Positions 44,749-57,317 of a stretch of 64,000 nt of DNA are shown here, in pieces (within the stretch, counting starts at the first letter, position 1; every line of letters begins with the position of its first letter). Under the pieces are notes generated by a model that saw nothing but the letters and a program-made list of their open reading frames with translations, searched no databases and was not told the DNA's origin. Source of the stretch: Owenia fusiformis (Eukaryota); the NCBI GenBank assembly GCA_903813345.2, contig CAIIXF020000001.1, positions 40,486,001-40,550,000 of the forward strand, in the 5' to 3' direction. Made by a program: the position numbers and the translations under genes.

Positions 44749-47700
44749 ACATAATCCACTCGTTGTAGACAATCGTCTTCAATTTGAATGTGTTTTTGAA
44801 GGTATACTTCTTGTTTGAGAGATACCAGAAAGTTAGGGCATTCCCACACAAAAGTTACTACTTGTTTTCAACAACATGTGCGCCCTTAACACAATATTGA
44901 CAAGCCAAGCAAAAGAATGTATTGAAAGTACTTTTATCCATTGTTGTACAGTCTGAGAGAAAGTTTGTTCAACTTATCGTATGTTCTAGAAAACTTTTAT
45001 CTCAATGTCAACGAGGTCACTGAATATGTTTTTAAGGCTTGTTTTTATGGTTTGTGTCAACGCTAACTATTCACAGGTGACGTATAGGTCGACTTGTACG
45101 TGATGTGTAATATTCAAATCTCAACTGCTCACCCTGAACAAATATACGTCAGCTTTTGAGTTGATCAAAACACTTAAAATATCTGAGTGAGAAATACAAA
45201 ACATGTGTGTACGTTTTGTCTCATACACTGCCAGTATTAGATCATATTTCTATTGTTTCAAGTTGATCTTAGCCCTTTTGCTATTTTGCTTGAAAATCAA
45301 AATTTTGTAAACGAAAATACTTATATTGAACTATGCAATGTCGAATGATTTAAGTAATTCAATCATGTATATATTTTGTAAATACCATGTCATATATGTT
45401 TTCTGTATTTTTATACATTTTGTATAATGTAATTACGAAATATGAAATAAAAGAAAATCAAAATCGAATATAAACAGATAAATATAAAAATACGTTGTCC
45501 GTTCAGTATTCACTAACGACTCGTTAACAGCTCAATAAACCAACTTGTATCTAAAATGCACAAAAAATAACTCTGTAAAAATCACTTGAAATATCTTGAA
45601 ACAGGACACCAACGGTGTTAAGAACCCAAACCACAGGAGGATTGGCTCCCTGGGACGCAACTCAATATTTTCCAGCAATGAAAATGTCAGAATGTCGTTT
45701 TCTGTCTGATATTAAGCTGGTTATAAATTCATAGTCTCAAACCCAAAAGATCCGAGCTAATATCTTGATCCCTTCTTGCGTGTCTTGAATTTTTTGTTAT
45801 GTAATTGTAATAAGACCAAAACTCGGATTTATTGTTGGAAAATATCAATATTGCTTTCGGGGAGCCCCTGACCTCAGGATGGCCCACTGCAGTCCATTTC
45901 GATGTTCTATTTTCGTCAATAAAACCTGAAAAATAAGGAATCAAAAGATCGACCCTGATTAGGCCTGATATATGGAAAATATATTCACGCGAATAAAATT
46001 TTGTATATTTCAGATTAATTAGTTTTATGTGCAATATATGGGGTTTATTTTAATGTGGTTATACCCACGTTAATTTTTTCGAAAATAAAAAGGCAGAAAG
46101 GCATCAAAATATAAAAGACAGTGCATTTGATTAGCCAAACCACAATCAATCCAGGATATACAAATGTCATTTGTGTATAATATGAATAATGGTCATTTGA
46201 TCCCTTATCTCTTAGATTTTACTGACGAAAATAATAATTGACCATAATTCCCAGTTTCACGTTGTTGTTGGAGATATTTTCTAGTTGGATATCAAATTGA
46301 GCCCATATTTCAGAATCGATGGTATCTCATTAACGGTCTGGTTTCATGGGTTTTGCTAAGCAACAGGAATAGTGATACACATTGTAAAATCATTTTCTTT
46401 GGGTATGAAAGAGTAGCCCATGGGAGTTATTTTGAAAGTTCAAAAGTTATATAAAAAACCGTAATAATAATTCATCAATAATTAAAACTGACCTTTACAT
46501 GATAGATGCATGTTTAAAGAAGTAAGTCTACACTAGGTAACTAACCAAAAACAAAACGCAACTGAGTATAAAGTGACAACTATAGGCCTGGGGGCAAAAT
46601 CATAAAAAAACATGTTAGTCCTGTATTTCATCACAACTTTTATCCAATAGAAACCACGGTTAACAATAATATTACGTACTCATCCGGGTTCTAGTATGGA
46701 AACAATCATAATATGAGTTTCATTTTGCAATTCTTAGAAAATAGTATGTCATCCCAGAGTTTCTATTATGTGATTGATAAGGACGGCAGGATGTAATGGT
46801 GTGCACACAATAACTTACTACAAGTTCTGACCCCCCCCCCCTCCTTATCTCCTTCGAATACAATGTTTGGCCGGCTAGGTGCTAGATGCGACATTCAAAA
46901 CGATTTACTCTTGAAAAGAAAGGTAGAGGCTCTACATGTGCTGATTGAAATCGTTGACTTGCGTCTACATGTGCTGATTGAAATCGTTGACTTGCGTCTC
47001 ATGAACTTTGGGGGATAATGAACTTTTTTCAGACTAAAATGTATGAATGCCTTTTCATCTTAAAGTACCAAGTTTCTTTTGTAATTTTCTACGTTCTGTG
47101 TATTCATCCAGTCTCGAGAATTGGGTCAAAAATTGAAAAGAAAATATTGTTTATTGCTTGGTTATGAAAGTTGTTCTATCCAAAATACTAACTTATATAA
47201 GAAACGGTTAGAAATAAAGTCAAGCGTTAAAACTGCTAGCGCTGGCCCGTGCTGGGAGTAAGGGGCAAAATCAGGAATTGTGAAATATGAAAAATCTCAA
47301 GTGGACTGGGACCTATCGTCTACAAAATACAGTTCTCTTCTCTAGCTGTTATATTTCATGTATACATCATTGACATCTTTTAAGTAGCACACTCAACATT
47401 CGGCATGAATGACTCGAAATATGAGAATAAGAATATTACCCTTCTCAAGAGTTTGATTTCCATCTTATCTTTCAATAAATGAAAAAATATCCATTTATAT
47501 AGCTTTACCAAGATATACAGCTCACCCCCACCCCCCCCCCCCCCCATTGCAGTCAGTGCGGATCAAGTAGCTGGTATATTTCATATTCATATTAAAACTC
47601 ACATGAAAGCTACAAAAGCTTGTATTGATAGATACACATAATTCAAACATGCCATCAGATAGAAGAAAATGTTAAGTCTTCAATAGTTCAGATCTCCTGA

Positions 47701-49634
47701 AATCTCATTAAAACGAGACTTTAGCGAGATTTCAAAGCTATATGGAAAAGGACAATTGAGTCAGATCATTGTACAGATCTTACATTGTATTTAACAGATC
47801 ATCACATTCCAGATCAGGAGTAACCATGGTCATCTCTTGGTGCATGGACTGTTATGGCACAATTCTTACCCTACACAAAAAGGGTTGTGTTGTAATCGAC
47901 AAGTTACTTTCTGAATTGACATTCTTCCAAGCACATGGATTAAACGAACTTGAGTAAGAAATGTGCTCCTGTTCAACCAGATCATAGCATTGTAATTAGA
48001 ATGATGCAAGGAGTATCAGAAGTATAACAGACAATGAATCTAACATACAGAGCTAGTTTATTTCAGCAAATTTCTAAGTCACACATAGCAAAAATATCAA
48101 AATGAACTTAGTTTAACCAAGGATGCAATACTGCTCCTAGGCACCCTTGGTTTACATATACAGCATATTCCATAGAGGATATTAAAAATAAAGAGAAAAT
48201 ATATGATGTTTAATTATGTATTTCCATCCCCATGTTAAAATATAACTGGAAATCCATTTTAGTTTTATACACCGAATCCAATATTTTGTGAAAACATATT
48301 TCATGAAATGCACTAATGTCCTAGTTTAATCTAGCACCTCTTCAGAAATGTCAAAGTTCTAAAAATGTCAATAATAATATCACTGAACAACATAATCAAA
48401 ATACTCATGTTTTTTTACTCAAAATGAAATCCAAAAGAAGTTAGATAATAGGTTCTACCAAATATCCTAACTATAGTTGGAACTTGGAATATCTAAGCTC
48501 TGAACCAAAACATGGTCATCACAGTTGATTTGCTGAAGATTTCGAAAGGTACATTTTATAGAAGAAATACAAATAAGAAAAGAAAATGAAGCCAACAATT
48601 GAGAAATGTTGGATAAAGAGAGAATATTTGAATATTGCATCCTTAATTTATACAGGACAAAACAGTCCTTGTAATTTACAACTTCATTATTTAATAAATT
48701 GTACTATCTTTACATCATGTATATAATATTATTACATCTTGTATATATGAATTGTGAATTATCAAAGTACATGTAACGCTATGGCCTTAAATGTATGATA
48801 TATAATATATAAGAATAATTGATATTACATAGTGTATTTACAGGATCCACTAGACTGTACACTGTCTGTCTGTATGTATATATATATATAGCTAATAATA
48901 AAGCATGTACAGTAGTTCTAGGTTGATCTGTACAGTTATAATATTGCAAGTAATCTACAGAATTTGTCTCCCTTGTTACAATATATTGCCAAGCCCCATT
49001 TCATGATAGCTTCTATTAACAGAATCCTGGCTCATCTTTTTTGTGGATTAGTCATTATCTACATCATGAAGCTAGTTAATATTTACAAGTTATCAATTTG
49101 ACAAGCCAGATTCGCCCAGTTTTATATTTTTGTGAACTGGGCAAAAATGATAAATTAATCTTTTACAGTTCTTCTATCAATATTGATACATTCCCTTTTG
49201 GTGCATTCCCCTTTGACACATTCCCCTTAGATGCATTCCCCTTTGTTGCATCTTGTCATTATGATGTGTCTGATTGCAATTTGAAGAGCACTTCAACATA
49301 ATAACAAAGTGCATCTGGTCACTATCATAGTGTATTTAAATAATGCCATAGTGTAACTCTACAAAATCTCTATGCTTGGACTGTTTTAATATATTTTTGT
49401 GAGTGTGATGCTTGTTGTGCCAATGTTTCAGCTAAAGAGGCCAAGACCTTACTATCAACATATTTGGTCAAATCACCAAGTCTGCTATGAACTACATTGA
49501 TTTGAGCCTATCACCTGAACAAGTGTCTGCTTTTGCTTCAATATAATTCCCATGTTCAAAAATCCTAAACATAGTAAGTTAATTTTTAAGTGAGGATTCT
49601 TCATTTTGTTCCAAATGGCCAGCTGTTTTAATTT

Positions 49635-49699
49635 TCATCGTTTTCTGCGTGTTGAATTCGCAACAGTGGTAGCAACAACAGGTAGTGTGATCTCCACAT
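49635..49699 (-). CDS. NCOA6: NCOA6-like, terminal coding exon (..NSTRRKR*)
   Basis: Acceptor ttttatcttgcAG; phase 1 fits the preceding exon; basic C-terminus. Confidence 0.65.
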
Positions 49700-50026
49700 C
49701 TGCAAGATAAAACATGAAGTCTAAGTAAATGTTACTGAAAATCATCAGCTATAAAACACAACAAATACATTAATGGAATTTTTCACATGCAATCTAAATG
49801 TTTCATTATCATTTACTAGGAGGCTCTATTGGTTTCTGCATGATTGTCGAAAGGTCAAGAGTTTTAAGAAATTTGAACGATTTTTTCCACCTTTGTTTGA
49901 ATTGTTTCACCTGTGCTATCAATATAAATCTAGGGCCTTCATAGAATCCTCCTATTCAACCTTTACTTTATTCAAATCAACAGATCTCTTTTATTGAAAT
50001 TGTTGAAATTTTAATCCTTGTCATAC

Positions 50027-50152
50027 CTTTAGTTTTATTACAAGACCGGGTTGATCTACGTGTAACTCTGTCCGACTCCAGGGACTCTTTAACAGGAGAG
50101 TTTGCATTCCATGTTTTGTTCAAAACTTTCTCTTTTGTGTCTTTGGTGCCAC
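50027..50152 (-). CDS. NCOA6: NCOA6-like, coding exon 4 (126 nt)
   Basis: Acceptor ttgttccAG, donor AAG|GTATGA, phase 1-1, open frame. Confidence 0.65.
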
Positions 50153-50351
50153 CTGGAACAATATGTGATAATATTATAGCTCTATAAAAACAAAAAATCT
50201 CCAAAAAAGAACAGTTCTGGTACAGGATAAGTGTTCACTTTGTGGGGTTCTCATAATGTGAGAGCTGAAGACATGGCTAAACAGAAACTGAACTAAAAAT
50301 GACGATGCTCTTAATTTACTCCAAGAAACAGTGTGGCAATTATCCAATACT

Positions 50352-51224
50352 TAACCAGAACAACGGCAACGCCAAAGCGTAGCGAATCCCATCGAACAGC
50401 CATGGATGGCATTTTTACAAACAAAGTATATAACAAAAATGGCAGCCATTTTCAAATGGCCGCCTTCTACCAAAAGTGTCATAGGACAGTGTGTCATGCT
50501 TATAGTATTCACATACCAAATATGAACAAAATCGCTCCACTACTTTTCGAGTTATAGTAAAATATGTTAAAATGGCGGCCATTTTGAAAAATGGCCGCCT
50601 TCTACCAAAAGTGTCATTAGACAGTGAGCCATGCTTATAGTATTCACATACCAAATATGAACAAAATCGCTCCACTACTTTTCGAGTTATAGTAAAATAC
50701 GTTAAAATGGTAGCAATTTTTCAAAATGGTGGCCATTTTTCAAAATGGCCGCCTTCTACCAAAAGTGTCTTTAGACAGTGTGCAATGTTTATAGTATTCA
50801 CATACCAAATATGAACAAAATCGCTCCACTACTTTTCGAGTTACAGCAAAAATCGTAAAATAACGAGAAAAGGCCGCCATTTTCAAGATGGCTGCCATGT
50901 GCTTCTTTAATATCTACATTTCTAGCTTTATTAATGTCCTATATAATTTTTTTTACATCTAAAACATACTGCTATTACAGTTTTACATATTGCACCTAAA
51001 TTACTGTAAATTCGGCACTAAAATGGCCGCCATTTTGAAATGAGCGGCCATTTTGAAAATCCGCTGTCGAGCAGAACTTCTACCCCCATAGGGTATATGT
51101 GTACAAAATATGAACAAAATCGGGCCAACGGTATTTGAGTTATTGCCCGGACGGACAGACGGACGGACGGACGAACGGACGGAGGCGTTCCCTATATCCC
51201 TCCGAACTTTGTTCGATGGGATAA
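50352..51224. mobile_element. Helentron-associated non-autonomous element (HINE/DINE-1-like) in NCOA6 intron
   Basis: Subterminal inverted repeat atcccatcgaac / gttcgatgggat, terminal hairpin tatccc...gggata, (GGAC)n microsatellite, internal ~135-155-bp tandem units rich in aaaatggccgcc. Confidence 0.75.
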
Positions 51225-51267
51225 CTACTGCAATATAATTGAGATTGAAATAGAAGAGTTCACTTAC

Positions 51268-54200
51268 TATCTATTATCTTCTGTCCTTTCACGATTATCT
51301 TCATGTTGTTGTCTTTTTTATCTTCCGTTATTTGGCACTGTGGTTTATTAGTCCTACTCCTGGTTTCATGTATTATATCCCCTTCCGTGATATCCTCATC
51401 TTTAGTACCATTCTTATTCTTAGCTACTACAGGTTTGCTTTTATTACGCGGCGAGGCTCTATCAGGGGCAGGGACATGAGGGATGATCTCGTCTAGTTTG
51501 CTGCCTGTTTGCCGGTTACTCCTAAGACCAACTTTGCCCTTTTTGTCATTTATCTCACTCAGTGGTACATTGTCCTCACATTCTTTGGTCTCACTCTCTG
51601 ACTTTGTTTTCTTATTTAGAGTGGTTGCGTTGGCAGTATTAACTGGAGTGTCTGCAACAGGAAGTTTGCGCTTGGCACCACGTAACGTTGGAATATTTCT
51701 CGGAGACTCGGATCTCAATTCATCTTTAGGAGATATTGAGTCAACAGTCGTGTCTGATGAAGTACTTCGTCTATTTCCATTTTTTGGTGTGCGCAGTGAA
51801 TAGTTCAATGTTGGTGAATCAGGTCTTTCTTTTGATTTGTTCCGCAAGCTTTTCTCTGAGGAACATTCACTGACATTTCTTGTACGTGGTTTTGTAATTT
51901 TAGGTGATTCTTCATCATTTTTCAAACTGGCAGTAGATACATTGGAGTCGCGAGATCCTCTGCTAGATCGTCGTGTGATCCGCCCAGCCCTGGGGGTAGT
52001 TTCTTTGTCCTCCTGAGAATGGGAGTCGGGTAGGATGGGAGTGGGGGCCTCAGCGCTCTTCTGCTTTAGCACCTTCACTTTTGGACTAGCCGGGCGCTCA
52101 TTCTGTTCAACTTTTACATCATTACTATGCTGTCTAGTGACACGTGTAGCAATACTGTCTGCATCAACTTTATCATCTGCCATTGTGTCCACTGCTTCAC
52201 TGCTTGAAGTCCGAGCAACCTTGGCAGGAATAACTGGATCATTTTCTTCCAGGTTCTTTATGTCAATTGGTCGTTTAAGAGGAGGACTGCTGACTGATGA
52301 CTGCTGACTGATAATTATATTAGGCTCAGGGTTTTCAGAACTGGTAGCTGTGATGGTCTCTGGCTCAATGGGTTCTTTGGGTAGAGGATCCTGAACAGCA
52401 TTATCAGCAGAATGGTCCATATCAGGTTTATTATCTTTCATCTCCTTAGTAGGTGAGCTCACAAAAATGTGGATCTTGGCAGGGCCTTGTTTAGGAGACT
52501 CTAACTGTTTGATCTTGATCACATCACCTCCTGGTTTAGACTCCTGTTTTACTACAGAGATCTGGATCTTTTGTTTAGCTGCAATTTGATCATTTGTTTT
52601 TATAATCATGGATGGCTTTTCTTGGGGTGGCGGATCTAGTTTGGTCACTATAATAGTTTTTGATTCTGATGGTTCCTTTAGTTTATTTACAGTTCTGCTT
52701 TTAGACACATCAATAGTGTTTAGGCTAGACGTAAGTCCCTTTTGTTTTGAGATTTGAGCAATTGGTGATGAACACTTCACCTCAGATGTAGATAGAGCAT
52801 TCATTTCAGGGAAATTCCCTAGGTTATCCGATGACACTTGCATGACAGGAGAATCAACTGTTTTTGCACTCAGCTTTGTTAGGCTGATAGAACTTGGCAA
52901 TGATATTGGTCCATTCGAACTGACAGGGGTTTTAGATATGATTGTATATGGAACAGAGGAGACCAAAATTTTAGGATGGGGCTTCTGGGAGATGGGGCTC
53001 TTTGCTGGGATTGTGCTCTGTATGCGAATGACTTTGTTCAGTGATGGATTGTTTATTGATTGCACCACTTTATATGAGGACATAGGTAACTTCTTATCAT
53101 TGATTGGCTCCAGAGTTGTTACTTTAGTCTGCTCCCCCTCCACTATTTGAGAATCACTTGTATTTTTTGATAAATTAATATTTTGGTCCACATTGTCTTT
53201 TAAATTTTCCTGCTTGCTTTTCACCTCAGGGGACACTCTGTCTTGTGTTAAAACTGGGGGTTGGGGTCCTGTGTCAGATTCTTTAAATGGTGGCATTACA
53301 TCTTGTGTATTATGTGGAGGTTCAATGCCAGGTGCTAATTGCGAGGGCGCAACATCCTGTGTATTATGAGGTGACAGACTATTAGCTGTTATATGTGCTT
53401 TATTGTTAACTATGACTTCCTCTGCCAAGGTCCTGCTTGGTGTAGGGGTATCACTGGTAGATGTGGGATGATTTTTGTCGGGCTTCATCATGCTGGTGGA
53501 GTTAGTTCCAACATCATTCATCTGATGATGACACTCGTTTGAAGCCAAAGAAGTCATCAGACATGCCTTGTTTTCTTCTTTCACGATCTTAACACCATCT
53601 GGTTCAAATGAGATCCTAGCAATGGCATTATGCGTACTAGTAAGCTGACTGGGGCCTGTATCTGGCAACAGGTTCTCGGACATGCCACCATCAACAGAGA
53701 GGAGTGGCTTTACTAGCTTCTGAACAGAATCAGTCAGGTGAGAGGCATACTGTGGGGCAGTGATTGAATGTAAAGTTGAGTTACTAGGAGTACGCATTGA
53801 CTTCTGCATGAAGTTAGTTAAATGGTGGGCATTTGGTGGGAAATCATCCTTCAAGCCATCCACCTGTACTACACTCTGATTAGACTTCTTGGTTTTATTT
53901 TTAGGCAAGGCAGAAACTTTAGGGGTGCTATGGTGCCCACTGGCAACAATTTGGACAGATGCTGACTTGTGTCCACTGGTTGCAACTTGGCTTGGGCTAG
54001 CAGCTCTAATTTGCTCTGATGTTGAATTATACATGCTCTCTATGGTCATATTCATTAAGGCATCAGATTTGGCAGTTTTATTAGCAGCAGCTGCAAGAAT
54101 GTCAGCTATAGTGTAGGACCTGCCTTTGTTGTGAGGCTTCATATTTTGTGAGTTAGGTAATGGGAGATGGTCTGTGATGTGTTCTGCACGAGATCCACCA

Positions 54201-55197
54201 GAATTCCTCTTCTTGCGTTCTTTCTGATTATCTTTTTGTTGTTGATCTCTCAAAAGGTCTTTCTCCATTACAGGACTTATAGTGCGCACTTCATCAAACT
54301 TATTACGTATTTCTTCATCACGTTCGATCATCGGTTTCAGAATTGAGATTGGTCTGGATTTGGTGTGGAGATGTGCGGAATCACTTGGAGCTGATGCTGC
54401 AAGGGTCTGAGAGGAGGTAATGACAGCCATTTGCTGTTCATGGACATTCTGCTCCCGGGTGGTGACAGATCTGGATGACAAACTGCTCTCCTGGGTTGAC
54501 ACACTTGACCGAGGATCAGACACCCACGTTGGTTGTGTAGTGGTTGTTACACAGGTGGTCACGCTACTAGTTACATTCACTGTGGTCACAGATGGCTGAA
54601 CCTGGCTTGGTAATCCAGCTGTAGTATACTCGGATGTTGCAGAATGAGTTCCCGAGGTGATTCCCAGTGTATAACCTGCATTTGACACAGAGCTACTGGT
54701 GCTAACAGATGAAACGCTACTGGTTACAGGTGGGCATATATTGGTTGTGGGAGGGTAGCTACTGGTTACGGGTTGGTGGTCAGTTGCTGAGGTGACAGTT
54801 GTGTGTTTGCCCGCACTACTGCTATTCATATGTCCAGAATGCCCACTAGGGTTTATATGGTGCCGTGCATACTGAGTTGGAATGCTGGTAGATGTCAATG
54901 TTCGTGATTTGTCTCTATTAGGTGTATTGTTAGGTTTCCTGGCCATATATTGGGCCGTAGCTTGCTCTAAAGTTTGAGCATTATTATGTCCCCTTAGCTC
55001 CAAGTTTGGAGAAGTCCCACTTCTACTGTGTGTGTTTAACTCTAAGCTTGGTGAGCCAATATTTCCACGCACTTCCAATCCTTGTGTGGTGGTAGGATCT
55101 TGTTCTACGCCTGGTGGAGAGGCAGTGTTGCTTTGTGTGCGTAGCTGGGTGAGTAAAGCAGCTGGACTGGATTTTGCAAGAGGAGATGGGTCTTGAC
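51268..55197 (-). CDS. NCOA6: NCOA6-like, coding exon 3 (3930 nt, low-complexity S/T/P-rich)
   Basis: Acceptor ttttctttcAG at 55199-55198; open frame continuous with the 1272-aa ORF; donor A|GTAAGT; phase 1-1. Confidence 0.85.
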
Positions 55198-55580
55198 CTG
55201 AAAGAAAACATCAAAATACAATCAATAGTCAATCAGTTCATTGAATACAAAAGATGTCCACTGGAGAGAGTTCAAAATACAATAAATGTCTTAACAGATA
55301 TAGTTCATAATACAATAGATGTCTTTCAAACAAAATTCAAAATACAATTTTAAAGTATACCAAATATAGTTCAATGATGTCTATTACACAGTCAAAATAC
55401 AATAGATATCTATCATACACAGTTCAAAAGGCAATCAAACAAACTAAAATACAATGCAATGTTTTTCCAGGTTCTCATAACTAGCAACAGGTCATTTTCT
55501 TGTTAATTTTACCAAAATCAAAAATTTATCCTATATGCAGGGGTTGTGCCTCAGTCTCAGTAGTTTGACTTTTCAATTCA

Positions 55581-56180
55581 AACAAGACACAGAGTGAGCA
55601 GAATCGCACCCTTGAATAGAATAGACAGTTTTCAGTTTTCATAGAATATTTTGATTTTTTCAGTTTTTAGTTTTTAGGAAGGAAAATCCAAAATGGCCAC
55701 CCTAACATTTACCCAGATTGCCCAAAAACGAATCAGTTCTAAATCTTCATATGTAGAAACATTCCTAAAATTTCAAATGAATCCATGAAATGGTTTGGCT
55801 GGAAACCTGTAGACAAGCCTCAACAAACAACATTTTAGGATGGAAAACCCAAAGTGGCCACCTTAATTTTTTACCAGAATGCCCAAAAACTAATCAGTTA
55901 AAAACTACTCAAACTGTTTGGCTGGAAACCTGTAGACAAGTCTTGACTGACAGAATTTTGGGACGGAAAATCCAAAATGGCCATCTTAACATTTACCCAG
56001 AATACCCCAAAACTAATCAGTTCTAAACTATTGTAAGTAGGTACATCCCTGAAAATTTCAGATGAATTCCTCTCGGTTTGTTTGGAAACCTGTAGATGAC
56101 AAGATTTATCAGGATCCTGCCCAGCCAATCACCCACCTGGCAAACTGATCACAGTATAGCACCCAAGGGTGCGATAAAAA
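55581..56180. mobile_element. Second HINE-like element in NCOA6 intron
   Basis: Starts aacaag; subterminal inverted repeat atcgcacccttg / caagggtgcgat; terminal hairpin gcaccc-aa-gggtgc followed by ataaaaa; internal tandem units. Confidence 0.7.
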
Positions 56181-56493
56181 GAATTTCTGAGAACATGAAT
56201 TGAATCTACCAAACTAATGTTTACTATATGAGATTCATACTCCAGGCATGTTACTTAAAACAATGTGAATGAATAATGTATGACTTCCCGATAAAGCTCT
56301 CTATAGATGGAACATATGCACTGGCATATTTACTACATCTTTCATTTACATGAAATCTGAATCAACATTTAGCTAAGATAAACACAGACCTTGTCATTTC
56401 CATAATGCGAGATATTTTCAAATGTATAATATGGAAATGTATGAAATGTTCAAATGTCCCTCAAGTATTGTGAAAAACAAGGTAAAACTTAAT

Positions 56494-57036
56494 CACTGGT
56501 ACCCACCTAGTTACGTTGACGTTACGTCAGCGTAACAAGATGGAAGAACTTCCGGGCTTCGTTTTCAGTAAGATATTTTTATTTCTCGATTCTACACCAC
56601 TTATGAGTCAAGTTGTGGACAATAATTTGGCTCAAAGTTAAGGAAGATAGTCTAGTTTGAGAATATGCAGGCGGTTCTATGTTTGGTATATTAACGAAGA
56701 CGCAATTCACATATTTAGTCCCTTGCTTTTGTTACATTGACGATCATGAATATTGTCACATTGGCAATATTTATGAAGATCGTCAATGTAAAATGTAAAA
56801 AAGGCAAGGGACTAAATATGTGAATTGCGTCTTCGTTAATATACCAAACATAGAACGGCCTGCATATTCTCAAACTAGACTATCTTCCCTAACTTTGAGC
56901 CAAATTATTGTCCACAACTTGACTTATAAGTGGTGTAGAATCGAGAAATAAAAATATCTTAACGAAAACGAAGCCTGGAAGTTCTTCCATCTTGTTACAC
57001 TGACGTATCGTCAGCGTAACTAGGTGATTACCAGTG
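56494..57036. mobile_element. Foldback MITE, CACTGG...CCAGTG termini, 5-bp TSD
   Basis: About 265-bp inverted arms; TTAAT on both flanks (56489-56493, 57037-57041). Confidence 0.85.
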
Positions 57037-57317
57037 TTAATATTACATTCCGTACTATTCAGTATTCTTGTAAGTTTACTAGCTAACAAAAACATTTTTT
57101 GTCAATTATTGGAAATAAAGTAAGAGAGATCATTCTTCTATATTTCAAAATACTGTTTTGTTGATGAGATGTGATACATGAGAGACTCATGTCATGACAG
57201 ACACACAGATCAAAGTAGAAATGGCATTGTATTTAATAAATAATAAATACGAGGCTTGTTTTTGTAGTTATATTGAACAATCTATAGACTTTGATCAAAA
57301 TAGAACCTTTGTCTTAC

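Noticed and set aside
51260..55078. 1272-aa ORF as an independent gene or mucin
   Set aside because: Non-ATG start and flanked by in-phase splice sites linking it to the NCOA6-like exon upstream.
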